From contig JBNJFI010000002.1 of the NCBI GenBank assembly GCA_051746725.1, positions 11,844 through 75,843 on the forward strand: a stretch of 64,000 nt of DNA, given 5' to 3'. Made by a program: the position numbers and the translations under genes. Source of the DNA: Fusobacteriota bacterium (GTDB taxonomy: Bacteria > Fusobacteriota > Fusobacteriia > Fusobacteriales > JBNJFI01). The notes under the pieces were generated by a model that saw only the letters and a list, made by a program, of their open reading frames with translations, was not told where the DNA came from and did no database searches. Shown in pieces: positions 20,717 to 29,717 of the stretch (position 1 is its first letter; each line of letters begins with the position of its first letter).

Positions 20717-21439
20717 TTATAATATTTTGCTAAAAAACTCCTGAGTTCTTTCTTCTTTTGGATTAGCGAAAATTTCTTTAGGATCTCCTTTTTCTACTAT
20801 TATTCCTTCATCCATAAAGAAAAGCCTTGTAGAAACCTCTCTAGCAAACCCCATTTCATGAGTTACTACAACCATTGTCATCCCTTCTTTTGCCAAATCC
20901 ACCATAACATCCAATACTTCTTTAATCATTTCTGGATCCAAAGCTGATGTAGGTTCATCAAATAATAGAACTTCAGGTTCCATTGCCATTGCACGTGCTA
21001 TAGCAATCCTTTGTTTTTGCCCTCCTGATAATTTATTTGGATAAACATCTCTTTTTTCTTCTAACCCTACTTTTTTGAGTAATTCCATAGCTAATTTTTC
21101 AGCTTCTTTTCGTTTCATTTTTTTTACTTTTATAGGAGCTAAAATTATATTTTCTAAAACTGTTTTGTGAGGAAATAAATTAAAATGTTGAAATACAATT
21201 CCAACTTTAGTTCTAATTTTATTTATATTTATTTTATCTTGTGTAATATTAGTTCCATCTATTATAATATCACCTTCAGTTGGTTCTTCTAAAAGATTTA
21301 AACATCTCAAAAAAGTTGATTTCCCAGATCCAGAAGGTCCTATTATAGAGATAACTTCTCCCTGCTCAATTGTTTCATCTATACCCTTTAATACTTTTAA
21401 ACTACCAAAACTTTTTTTTAATCCAACTGTTTTAATCAC
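20717..21439 (-). CDS. Polar amino acid ABC transporter ATP-binding protein (GlnQ family)
   Basis: [48 protein letters not shown]. Confidence 0.93.
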   Translation of the reverse strand: MIKTVGLKKSFGSLKVLKGIDETIEQGEVISIIGPSGSGKSTFLRCLNLLEEPTEGDIIIDGTNITQDKININKIRTKVGIVFQHFNLFPHKTVLENIILAPIKVKKMKRKEAEKLAMELLKKVGLEEKRDVYPNKLSGGQKQRIAIARAMAMEPEVLLFDEPTSALDPEMIKEVLDVMVDLAKEGMTMVVVTHEMGFAREVSTRLFFMDEGIIVEKGDPKEIFANPKEERTQEFFSKIL

Positions 21440-22139
21440 TTTCCTTTAATCTCCTTTCAATTATACGCATGAAATATGTAAAGGTTCCTGTTAAAATTAA
21501 ATATATAATTCCAACAGCAAGAAGTGGTTCTACTCCTCTATAGGTCTGACTAGTTATAACATTTGCTGATCTTAATAAATCCATTCCGCCTATAAATCCT
21601 ACAATAGAAGTTTCCTTTAATAATATGATAAACTCACTTACTAGAGTAGGCAATATTTTTTTTATAGCTTGGGGTATAATAACCTCTTTCATAGATTGAG
21701 GAAAAGTTAATCCTAAGGACCTAGCCGCTTCCATTTGGCCTTTATCAAGTCCTTCTATTCCAGCTCTTATTATCTCTGCAACATATGCTCCACTATTCAT
21801 TCCAAATGCTAAACCAGCTACTAATAATATTGGAGCACCTCTTAATCCCCCAACAAAGATTATATTTGCCATTATCATTAACTGAACAACAACAGGAGTT
21901 CCTCTAATTAAATCAATATATCCCAAAGCTAATACTGAGAGAGGATTTACATCTGAAAATTTTTTGAACTTTTTAAAAGGGTAAAAATGTGATAGTCTCA
22001 ACATTGCAATAAAAATACCTATGATTACTCCAATAATCGCAGAAAGCAAAGTAACCTTTAAAGAAAATGCTAATCCTCTTAATATATACAAATATCTTTG
22101 GTCGCCTAAAAAAATTTCTAATAATCCCATTTCTTTCAT
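21432..22139 (-). CDS. Polar amino acid ABC transporter permease
   Basis: [39 protein letters not shown]. Start moved to the ATG at 22139 behind GAGGTG. Confidence 0.92.
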   Translation of the reverse strand: MKEMGLLEIFLGDQRYLYILRGLAFSLKVTLLSAIIGVIIGIFIAMLRLSHFYPFKKFKKFSDVNPLSVLALGYIDLIRGTPVVVQLMIMANIIFVGGLRGAPILLVAGLAFGMNSGAYVAEIIRAGIEGLDKGQMEAARSLGLTFPQSMKEVIIPQAIKKILPTLVSEFIILLKETSIVGFIGGMDLLRSANVITSQTYRGVEPLLAVGIIYLILTGTFTYFMRIIERRLKESD

Positions 22140-22189
22140 AAAGCACCTCATCCTATAATTTGATCCTTATTATTTATTTTCAAAATAAT

Positions 22190-22216
22190 AAAATGGTTAG
22201 CAATGCTAACCATTTT
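22190..22216 (-). terminator. Hairpin/terminator between the binding-protein and permease genes
   Basis: AAAATGGTTAGCA-A-TGCTAACCATTTT. Confidence 0.65.
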
Positions 22217-22279
22217 ACTATAATCAAGTTCAATAATTAAATTTAATATATTAATGTTTAAAATCTTATAATTTTAAAA

Positions 22280-23008
22280 TCATTCTTGAAAATATTTTTT
22301 TATTAATATATCATATTCGCCATTATCTTTTAATTTATTTAATGACTTATTTATATCATTAGTCAATTTATTATTATCTTTATTTATAGCAATAGCATAT
22401 TCTTCTTTTGTTAATTCTTGTGGTAAAACTTTCAAGCCTTTATTCTGTTTAACAAAGTTTTTAGCTGGTTCAGAATCTAAAATAATGGCATCTAATTTTT
22501 CATTTTTTAATTCCATTATTGCTGCAAAAGCTGCATTATATTTTTTTAATTCTACATTATCTATCTTTTGAGCTTCAACATCTCCAGTTGTTCCTAATTG
22601 AACTCCAATCTTTTTCCCTTTAAGATCTTCTGAATTTTTAATATTATTATTGTTATCTCTAACTATTATAACTTGACTAGCTTCATAATATGCATCGCTA
22701 AAATTAACATTCTCTGCTCTTTCTTTTGTCGCTGTCATTCCAGCAATTACAAAATCAACTTTATCACTTTGTAAAGCAGGAATTAACCCATCAAATCTCA
22801 TGTCTACTATTTTCAATTCTTTTCCTAAATCTTCAGATATCTTTTTTGCTAAATCAATATCAAATCCCGTAATCTTACCTCCTTCTCGATATTCAAAAGG
22901 TGGAAATTCTGCATTAGTTCCCATAACTATTTCATTATTACTTTCTCCACAACCAACAAAACCAAAGGTTGTAATCACAACTAAAATTGCTATTAATATC
23001 TTTTTCAT
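22280..23008 (-). CDS. Polar amino acid ABC transporter substrate-binding lipoprotein
   Basis: Lipobox FVGC, GTNAEFPPFE, GFDIDLA, IGVQLGTTG. Confidence 0.93.
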   Translation of the reverse strand: MKKILIAILVVITTFGFVGCGESNNEIVMGTNAEFPPFEYREGGKITGFDIDLAKKISEDLGKELKIVDMRFDGLIPALQSDKVDFVIAGMTATKERAENVNFSDAYYEASQVIIVRDNNNNIKNSEDLKGKKIGVQLGTTGDVEAQKIDNVELKKYNAAFAAIMELKNEKLDAIILDSEPAKNFVKQNKGLKVLPQELTKEEYAIAINKDNNKLTNDINKSLNKLKDNGEYDILIKKYFQE

Positions 23009-23037
23009 TTTATCTCTCCTTATAATTTGATAATTTT

Positions 23038-23066
23038 ATTATACCAAAATAAAGCTGTTGTGTCAA
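23038..23066 (-). promoter_or_regulatory. Sigma70-type promoter of the amino acid ABC operon
   Basis: Minus strand TTGACA-17 nt-TATAAT with an extended TG. Confidence 0.7.
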
Positions 23067-23115
23067 TCTTGGTATACAAATTAACTAGTAAATTTTTTTA
23101 ATTCCTTATTGCTTT

Positions 23116-23769
23116 TCATATTAGAAAAATACTTTTCATTATATCTTTAAAATTTGAATATGGTATATAATCCATATTGTTTTCCTTAGAAAATTTTTCA
23201 AGTTTACAACCCTTTTTTGCAAAAATTATATCTGCATATTTACTAGCACATAAATCAGAGCTACCATCTCCGACAAATATAACATTATCATACTCTTTTT
23301 TATATTTTAAAAGTATCTCTTTTTTGCATATACCACAAAATCCACAATTTTTATTATAAGGATACCTAACTTTAATATTTTTTTCTTTAAATATTAACTC
23401 ATTGGAATACATCTTTTCTTTATCAATCTCTAAACCACTTTTTTCTAAAGTATAAATTATATTATTATATGTTCCAGCACTAACAATTCGAAATTCATAT
23501 TCTAACTTCAAAAATTCTTTGAAATATTCGTCAATTTTTACATTAATTCCAATTTGGTTATTATAATCTAATTCACTAATAAAAAGACTTGAAAGTAATC
23601 CAGATAAATATTCCCTTATATTTATATCTTGATTTTTAAAATTAGTATGAAACTTATCTAAAAGATTTTCATCATGACTTCTAATCAATTCATCAGTTGT
23701 ATCTTTATCTGTTATTGTCTTATCAAAATCTATTAAAAAGATAGAGTTTTTCTTTTTTAATTTTATCAT
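23116..23769 (-). CDS. MtnX-like HAD-IB family phosphatase
   Basis: DFDKTITDKD, VSAG, CGFCGICK, FVGDGSSDLCA, IFAK. Confidence 0.85.
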   Translation of the reverse strand: MIKLKKKNSIFLIDFDKTITDKDTTDELIRSHDENLLDKFHTNFKNQDINIREYLSGLLSSLFISELDYNNQIGINVKIDEYFKEFLKLEYEFRIVSAGTYNNIIYTLEKSGLEIDKEKMYSNELIFKEKNIKVRYPYNKNCGFCGICKKEILLKYKKEYDNVIFVGDGSSDLCASKYADIIFAKKGCKLEKFSKENNMDYIPYSNFKDIMKSIFLI

Positions 23770-23844
23770 GATTTATCCCTTCTTTTTATATTAGTAAATT
23801 ATATTATAAACAAAAAATAAAAAAAAGCACATTTGTGCTTTAAA

Positions 23845-23921
23845 TGGAGCCGCCTGCCCGAGTCGAACGGGCGACCTACTGATTACAAGTCAGTTGCTCT
23901 GGCCATCTGAGCTAAGGCGGC
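23845..23921 (-). tRNA. tRNA-Thr(TGT)
   Basis: Full cloverleaf GCCGCCTTAGCTCAG...CTGAC-TTGTAA-TCAG...GTTCGACTC...GGCGGCTCCA. Confidence 0.95.
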
Positions 23922-23936
23922 AATATTATATGGTTT

Positions 23937-24013
23937 TGGCGGGAGTGACGAGATTCGAACTCGCGACCTCCTGCGTGACAGGCAGGCGCTCTAACCAGCT
24001 GAGCTACACCCCC
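23937..24013 (-). tRNA. tRNA-Asp(GTC)
   Basis: GGGGGTGTAGCTCAGCTGGTTAGAGCGCCTGCCTGTCACGCAGG...CACTCCCGCCA. Confidence 0.95.
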
Positions 24014-24028
24014 TCAACCACGAAGATA

Positions 24029-24057
24029 AGTATATCATGTTTTATATTGTTTGTCAA
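24029..24057 (-). promoter_or_regulatory. Sigma70 promoter of the tRNA-Asp/Thr pair, overlapping the PHP gene 3' end
   Basis: Minus strand TTGACA-17 nt-TATACT with an extended TG. Confidence 0.75.
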
Positions 24058-24730
24058 TATTTTTATTAATTTTTTTTAGAAGTGATCTAGAGTTTTCTTT
24101 AACTACCTTATATGCCCTTTCTTTGGATAATCCAGATGAAATTGCAACTTTATAAGCAAACTCTTGCGTAATAAAATCTCCCGGAGTATGTCCATCTGAG
24201 TTTACTATTAAATTAGCATTATATTGATTAGCCTTTTTTGCTACATGTCCATTTGAAAGTGAATGGCCTCTTCTAGCTGAAAGTTCTAAGAAAACATTAT
24301 TTTCTGCAGCTTTTTTGACAACATCATCTTTAATTAATCCTGGATGAGCTAAAACATCTACATATTTAGAGGAAACTGCAGCCAAATTTGTACCTTTTGT
24401 TACTGGTTCAACTATAGTTTCTCCGTGAACTATTACAATTTTTGCTCCTTTTTCTTTAGCTTGTTTTGCTAAATCATCAATTAATTCAGGTGGTACATGA
24501 GTTAATTCTACGCCAGGAAGTATTTCTATATCATAATACTTTCCTTCCTTTTTTATAACACTATTTATTTTAGTTAATATTTCATCTATATTACTTATAT
24601 CAGCATGATCAGTTATACCTATGCATGCATATCCGAGCTTCTCAGCTCTTCTTATGTGTTCACTTAGTAGTAGGACTCCGTCACTCAAAAAAGTGTGTGT
24701 ATGGAACTCGTATCTCTTTCCTAAATTCAT
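24035..24730 (-). CDS. PHP-domain phosphoesterase (histidinol-phosphatase-like family)
   Basis: FHTHTFLSDG, ITDHAD, GVELTHVPP, VHGETIVEP, LAHPG, SDGH. Start moved to the ATG at 24730 behind GAGGAGG. Confidence 0.88.
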   Translation of the reverse strand: MNLGKRYEFHTHTFLSDGVLLLSEHIRRAEKLGYACIGITDHADISNIDEILTKINSVIKKEGKYYDIEILPGVELTHVPPELIDDLAKQAKEKGAKIVIVHGETIVEPVTKGTNLAAVSSKYVDVLAHPGLIKDDVVKKAAENNVFLELSARRGHSLSNGHVAKKANQYNANLIVNSDGHTPGDFITQEFAYKVAISSGLSKERAYKVVKENSRSLLKKINKNIDKQYKT

Positions 24731-24902
24731 TGTTTCCTCCTCATATTTCTTTGATTCGTATATATAAGCTTTTGATTTTTTATTAATTTTATACGTTATC
24801 AATTAAAATTATTTAGATTAGTACTTAAAATAAAAAACATTGCAACCTGGAATTTTGTTATTTTTAAGAAAAAAAATATAAAAGTATTTTATGTTTTTTT
24901 GG

Positions 24903-25330
24903 CTTACGATATAGATATTTTGTTCATTAATTCTTATTTTTTTTAGATAAAGCAGATAAATTTGATATGACTTTACCGCACATAATGAAGAGAATGGTGT
25001 AAGTAAGTCTTATTATTTCCAGAAAAAAACATATTTTTATATATTTTTTTCTTATGATATAGATATTTTGTTCATTAATTTTTATTTTCTTTAGGTAAAA
25101 CAGATAAGTTTGTATATGACTTTACCGCACACAATGAAGAGAATGGTGTAAGGTAAGTCTTATTATTTCCAGAAAAAAACATATTTTTATATATTTTTTT
25201 CTTATGATATAGATATTTTGTTCATTAATTTTTATTTTCTTTAGGTAAAACAGATAAGTTTGTATATGACTTTACCGCACACAATAAAGACCATTGTGTT
25301 CGGTAAGTCTCATTACCTTCAGAAAAAAAC
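24903..25330. repeat. Three-copy ~150-bp intergenic tandem repeat containing an imperfect hairpin
   Basis: Units start CTTAYGATATAGATATTTTGTTCATTAATT at 24903, 25051 and 25201 (periods 148 and 150). Each contains a GACTTTACCGCACA...GTAAGTC inverted repeat. Confidence 0.95.
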
Positions 25331-25348
25331 TCTGAAGGCAATTCGGCT

Positions 25349-26281
25349 TTACATCCAAAAAAGCATTTCCAACTTAGTACCATTTCCTTTTTCTGAGGTA
25401 ATGAGCAATTTATCTGCAAATCTATTTATATTAGCAAGACCCATACCAGCACCAAAGCCAAGTGATCTAATGTATTCAGGGGCAGTAGAAAAGCCAGTCT
25501 CCATTGCCTTATCAATGTTTTCTATTCCTGGTCCAATATCTTCAATAATAACCATTATCGAATCTCTATCAATTTTGACCAATATCTTTCCAATTCCTCC
25601 ACCATGAATAACAACATTCACTTCTGCCTCATAGGTAGCAATACTTATTTTTCTTATTAATTTATCATCAAATTCCTTCTTTTTCAAGTATTCTTTTAGT
25701 AGAGCAGATCCTTCTCCTGCATCATTAACATCATTATTATTTATATCATATTTAAATTCTGTATTTTTATTTTGGATCTTATCCTTTATTAAAATAGATA
25801 ATGGAGAATTTAATATCTCACGTCTTCTTTCATCATGAAGATATAATGCAGATAATTTTCTAACTACAGTAAAAAGTATATCTTTTTTGGTAATTAAACC
25901 TACTAAATTGTTTTCAGAATCTACAACAGGATATCTTCCATAATCATAAGTCGATATATATTCTATGATTTTTTCGAAACTATCTTTTTCATTTAAAGTT
26001 AAAACCTCTTTATCAGGAGAATTCAATATTTTAGTTTCAATTTCTTGTTTTTCTAAAACTTTTATGATATCTTCCATTGTTATTATATTTACTAATTTAT
26101 TTTCGGGAGTAACAATTGGGATCCCTGATATTTTTTCATCTTTCATTATCTGTTGAGCACGTTTGTATGTATCTTCTTTAGTTAATGATATTACACTTGT
26201 ATTCATAACTTTTTTGACATTGAGATCTGTAAAAAAATCTATATATCTTTTTAATAGCATTAACTCTTTATCTTTTTGCAT
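25349..26281 (-). CDS. CBS-pair plus RsbW/RsbT-like HATPase (anti-sigma-factor-type Ser/Thr kinase)
   Basis: CBS motifs (KISGIPIV, YGRYPVVD), then YEAEVNVVIH, EDIGPGI, GFSTA, GFGAGMGLANI. Confidence 0.85.
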   Translation of the reverse strand: MQKDKELMLLKRYIDFFTDLNVKKVMNTSVISLTKEDTYKRAQQIMKDEKISGIPIVTPENKLVNIITMEDIIKVLEKQEIETKILNSPDKEVLTLNEKDSFEKIIEYISTYDYGRYPVVDSENNLVGLITKKDILFTVVRKLSALYLHDERRREILNSPLSILIKDKIQNKNTEFKYDINNNDVNDAGEGSALLKEYLKKKEFDDKLIRKISIATYEAEVNVVIHGGGIGKILVKIDRDSIMVIIEDIGPGIENIDKAMETGFSTAPEYIRSLGFGAGMGLANINRFADKLLITSEKGNGTKLEMLFWM

Positions 26282-26303
26282 CGATTACCTCCTAAAAGTT
26301 GAC

Positions 26304-26648
26304 TTAACATGATGGGATATCTTGCTCATACAGCTTTCCACAAGCAGGATATAACAATTTATCTGTTACTAACATTGGAATTCCTACTTTATTTGATAGG
26401 TCAATAGTATCCTGCTTTGGCATTTTACCTCTAACAAACATAATTGCTTCTAAATCCATCATCTGAGCAGTTCTTATGACTTGAGGAGTTATTAACCCTG
26501 TTAATAGTAATGCTCCCTCTTTTGAAAAAGCCAAAACCTCACTCATCATATCTGCAGCACCAACAGCTTTTATCTCAATATTATCAATTTTATCTTCACA
26601 AGTAATAACTTTTGCATCAAGTATTTTAGAAATTTCAGATAGTCTCAT
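26304..26648 (-). CDS. DRTGG-domain protein
   Basis: GAADMMSEVLAF, LLLTGL, QVIRTAQM, IMFVRGKMP, ACGKLYE. Confidence 0.85.
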   Translation of the reverse strand: MRLSEISKILDAKVITCEDKIDNIEIKAVGAADMMSEVLAFSKEGALLLTGLITPQVIRTAQMMDLEAIMFVRGKMPKQDTIDLSNKVGIPMLVTDKLLYPACGKLYEQDIPSC

Positions 26649-26741
26649 TTTTAACTCCTTTTTTAATTTTTAATATTATTTTCACATACACACTATTAAA
26701 AACATGTTTATTTAACCATGTTCTTAATCAACCAACCTTCT

Positions 26742-26993
26742 TTAAAATATTCTATGTATAAAATTAGATATAAAATTTAAGAGTAACAATACAATAAGCG
26801 GAGAAATATCTATTCGTCCCATTCTTCCAATTGGTATTAATACTCTAAAAGGAGCTAAAATCGGCTCCGTTATTCCATTTATAAAATCTACAAACTCATT
26901 TCTACTATGTGTTGGAACAATCCATGATAAGATTATCCGAATAAAAATTAAAGCTTCAATAACATTTATAAGTAAAATTAAAATTCCTGCCAT
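26742..26993 (-). CDS. yggT: YggT family membrane protein
   Basis: IRIILSW...TEPILAPFR...DISP. Confidence 0.9.
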   Translation of the reverse strand: MAGILILLINVIEALIFIRIILSWIVPTHSRNEFVDFINGITEPILAPFRVLIPIGRMGRIDISPLIVLLLLNFISNFIHRIF

Positions 26994-27002
26994 AACTACC
27001 TC

Positions 27003-27791
27003 CTATAGTTCCTGCACTTTTTTGTATGTCGCTTCTACTGTTTCAATTAGTGCTTTTCTAACTTTATTATTTTCTAAGGTAAACAATCCCGCCGCAGTTG
27101 AACCGCCAGGAGATGTCACCATATCCTTTAACTCTTCTGGATGTTTTCCTGTTTGTTTTATAAGTTCAGCAGATCCAATAAAAGTTTCAACGGCTAATTC
27201 CAAAGCTTTCTCTTTTTTCATTCCTAGTTTAACTCCACCTTCTGCAAGACTGTTTATTAACAGAAATACATATGCAGGTCCACTTCCAGAAATCCCTGTT
27301 AGAATATCTATTTGATCTTCATTTTCCATAATCATTACTTTACCCGTTGCAGAAAGTATATTTTTAATTTTCTCTTTATCAGAACTTTTCTTTATCATAT
27401 CATCAAAAACTACTCCAGATACCCCTTTTTTTATTAAAGCCGGAGTATTAGGCATAATTCTGACCACTCTACTTTCAGGTAAAATACTTTTAATTTCTTC
27501 TATTTTAATTCCTGCAGCAATTGAAAGTAAATATTTGGATTTTAAATCACAATTAATTTTATGTATATCTTTTAAAACATCTTTCATGATATTTGGCTTT
27601 ATTGATAGTATAATATATTCAGAATTATTTATCAAGTTATTTATTGTTTTTTTTCTATCTATATTATACTCTTGAATCATATATTTTGATCTTTTTTCAC
27701 TGATATCATAAAAACAAATATCATTCTCATCTTTTAGGGCACTTATATAGGCTTCTGCCATTTTCCCGGCCCCAATAAATCCTAATTTCAT
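27003..27791 (-). CDS. proC: Pyrroline-5-carboxylate reductase
   Basis: GFIGAGKMA, RIMPNTP, SGSGPAY, VTSPGGST. Confidence 0.95.
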   Translation of the reverse strand: MKLGFIGAGKMAEAYISALKDENDICFYDISEKRSKYMIQEYNIDRKKTINNLINNSEYIILSIKPNIMKDVLKDIHKINCDLKSKYLLSIAAGIKIEEIKSILPESRVVRIMPNTPALIKKGVSGVVFDDMIKKSSDKEKIKNILSATGKVMIMENEDQIDILTGISGSGPAYVFLLINSLAEGGVKLGMKKEKALELAVETFIGSAELIKQTGKHPEELKDMVTSPGGSTAAGLFTLENNKVRKALIETVEATYKKVQEL

Positions 27792-27799
27792 AATTCCTC

Positions 27800-28306
27800 C
27801 TATTTAAAATATTTCCGTGAATTAATAACATATTCATATCCAGACCAAATCGTAAAAAATAAAGGGATCATCATTAAAAACATACTATACATGGTTGTCT
27901 TAGTAAATAATATGGCCAATATGACTAACATTTGAGAAGTCGTCTTATATTTTCCAGCTTTTGATGCAGCTATTACATCTCCTTTTGATGCAGCTATTAT
28001 TCTTATTCCAGTAACTAAAAATTCTCGAGTAATTATAATTATCAATATCCACGAAGGAATATATTGTAACTCGACAAAAATAATTAATGCAGATATCACC
28101 AAAACCTTATCTGCCAAAGGATCCATTAATTTCCCAAAATCAGTAATTAAGTTATCCCTTCTAGCAATATACCCATCAATAAAATCGGTCAAAGATGCTA
28201 TTACAAAAATTATAAATGCAATAAGAGTTAATTCTAATTTTAAAGATATTGCAAATGGGATTATTAAAAAAAATCTTGTTAAAGTAAGTTTATTTGGTAA
28301 ATTCAT
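27800..28306 (-). CDS. pgsA: CDP-diacylglycerol--glycerol-3-phosphate 3-phosphatidyltransferase
   Basis: NLPNKLT, TDFIDGYIARR...FGKLMDPLADK. Confidence 0.95.
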   Translation of the reverse strand: MNLPNKLTLTRFFLIIPFAISLKLELTLIAFIIFVIASLTDFIDGYIARRDNLITDFGKLMDPLADKVLVISALIIFVELQYIPSWILIIIITREFLVTGIRIIAASKGDVIAASKAGKYKTTSQMLVILAILFTKTTMYSMFLMMIPLFFTIWSGYEYVINSRKYFK

Positions 28307-28307
28307 A

Positions 28308-29633
28308 CTAAACTATCCTCCCAACATAATCATAACCAAAATTTTCAGTTATTTCAACTTTTTTTATATCACCTATAACAGCCTGACCCGATTCAATAAA
28401 TACTTTACCATCGATATCATAAGCTTGTCTTTTAGCTCGCCCTTCATATAAAAAACTATCATCTTCTGAATCTTTATCTATTATAACATCAACTGTTTTT
28501 CCTACTAAATTTTGATTTTTAATATTTGAGATAGTTTCTTGAATATCAGATAATTCTTGCCATCTTTTTTGCTTAATATCTTCTGGTATTTGTCCATCCA
28601 TATTATAAGCAGGAGTTCCTTCTTCTTTTGAATATGAAAAAATCCCAACATAATCAAATTTTTCTTTTTTCAAAAAATCTTTTAATTGTTTGAAATCTTC
28701 TTCAGTTTCTCCAGGAAATCCGACTATTAAGGAAGTCCTTAATACTGCATTGGGAACTTTATTTTTCAGATCATGAATTAAGTCTTTAATAGTTTTAGAA
28801 CTACTTACTCTGTTCATTCTTTTTAATATTTCATCCGAAATATGTTGTATAGGTACATCAAAATAATTTATTATTTTATTATTGTTTTTTATTGTAGAGA
28901 TTAGATCTTCACTAAAATTGTCTGGATAAGTATAAAAAACACGTATCCATTCTATTCCAGATACCATACTTAATTCTTTTAATAATTCCGATAATCTTCG
29001 TTTTCCATAAATATCTTTTCCATAATCAGTCGTATCTTGTGCTATTATGCTTATTTCCTTAGTACCATTATTTGCTAATTTAGTTACTTCATTTTTAATA
29101 TCTTCCATTGATCGACTCCGGAAATTCCCTCTTAAATCTGGAATTATACAATAAGTACACCTATTATCACAACCTTCTGCAATTTTCACATAAGCTGTAT
29201 GATCATTGGTAAGCAATTTTCTTGGGGTATCACTTGTAGCGATATAATCTAAATTTTTAGTCTTTATATTTTTATCGTTTTTAAAAAGATTTTCTAAAAT
29301 CTCTTCGATCTTCGAAATTTCCCCTGTTCCAATAATTGCATCAATTTCAGGCATTTCTTCCATTAATTTTTCTGGATAACGTTGTCCTAAGCAGCCAGCT
29401 ACGATAATTTTGCTTACAATTCCTTTTTTCTTATATTCTCCTGCAGAAATTATTGTATTTATAGCTTCTTCTTTTGCATCCTGGATAAATCCGCAGGTAT
29501 TAATAATCAAAACATCAGAGCTTTCAACTGAATCAGAGATTTCAATATTATGATCTGTATCTAATATTCCTAAAATATTTTCACTATCAACTTGATTTTT
29601 ATGACATCCTAAACTTATCAAACTTATTTTCAT
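28308..29633 (-). CDS. rimO: Ribosomal protein S12 methylthiotransferase
   Basis: SLGCHKNQVDSE, NTCGFIQDAKEE, CDNRCTYC radical SAM motif and a TRAM domain. Start moved to the ATG at 29633 behind GGAGG. Confidence 0.92.
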   Translation of the reverse strand: MKISLISLGCHKNQVDSENILGILDTDHNIEISDSVESSDVLIINTCGFIQDAKEEAINTIISAGEYKKKGIVSKIIVAGCLGQRYPEKLMEEMPEIDAIIGTGEISKIEEILENLFKNDKNIKTKNLDYIATSDTPRKLLTNDHTAYVKIAEGCDNRCTYCIIPDLRGNFRSRSMEDIKNEVTKLANNGTKEISIIAQDTTDYGKDIYGKRRLSELLKELSMVSGIEWIRVFYTYPDNFSEDLISTIKNNNKIINYFDVPIQHISDEILKRMNRVSSSKTIKDLIHDLKNKVPNAVLRTSLIVGFPGETEEDFKQLKDFLKKEKFDYVGIFSYSKEEGTPAYNMDGQIPEDIKQKRWQELSDIQETISNIKNQNLVGKTVDVIIDKDSEDDSFLYEGRAKRQAYDIDGKVFIESGQAVIGDIKKVEITENFGYDYVGRIV

Positions 29634-29657
29634 TTTTTCCTCCACGATTCTAAAACC

Positions 29658-29694
29658 CTAAAAATTATGAGCCAAATTAACTCATAATTTTTAG
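29658..29694 (-). terminator. Hairpin after pnp
   Basis: CTAAAAATTATGAG-9 nt-CTCATAATTTTTAG. Confidence 0.55.
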
Positions 29695-29717
29695 TCTTTA
29701 TTCTATAATAGTTCTTA

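Noticed and set aside
23894..24079. 61-aa + strand ORF
   Set aside because: Antisense shadow of the tRNA-Thr and tRNA-Asp genes.
23769..24100. tRNA-anchored prophage or genomic island
   Set aside because: No integrase, no partial tRNA 3' duplication, and the flanking genes are ordinary chromosomal genes.
24903..25330. CRISPR array or type III antitoxin array
   Set aside because: Units are ~150 bp and near-identical along their length, with no unique spacers. No cas or ToxN/AbiQ-like gene is adjacent.
25225..25607. ORFs 25225-25419 (-) and 25260-25607 (+) over the repeat and kinase 3' end
   Set aside because: No RBS or recognisable motif; they overlap the kinase gene, and the reading frames are broken by indels in unit 1.
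26649..26700. Rex operator upstream of the DRTGG gene
   Set aside because: Only one half-site (TGTGAA) is present; the second half does not match TTCACAA.
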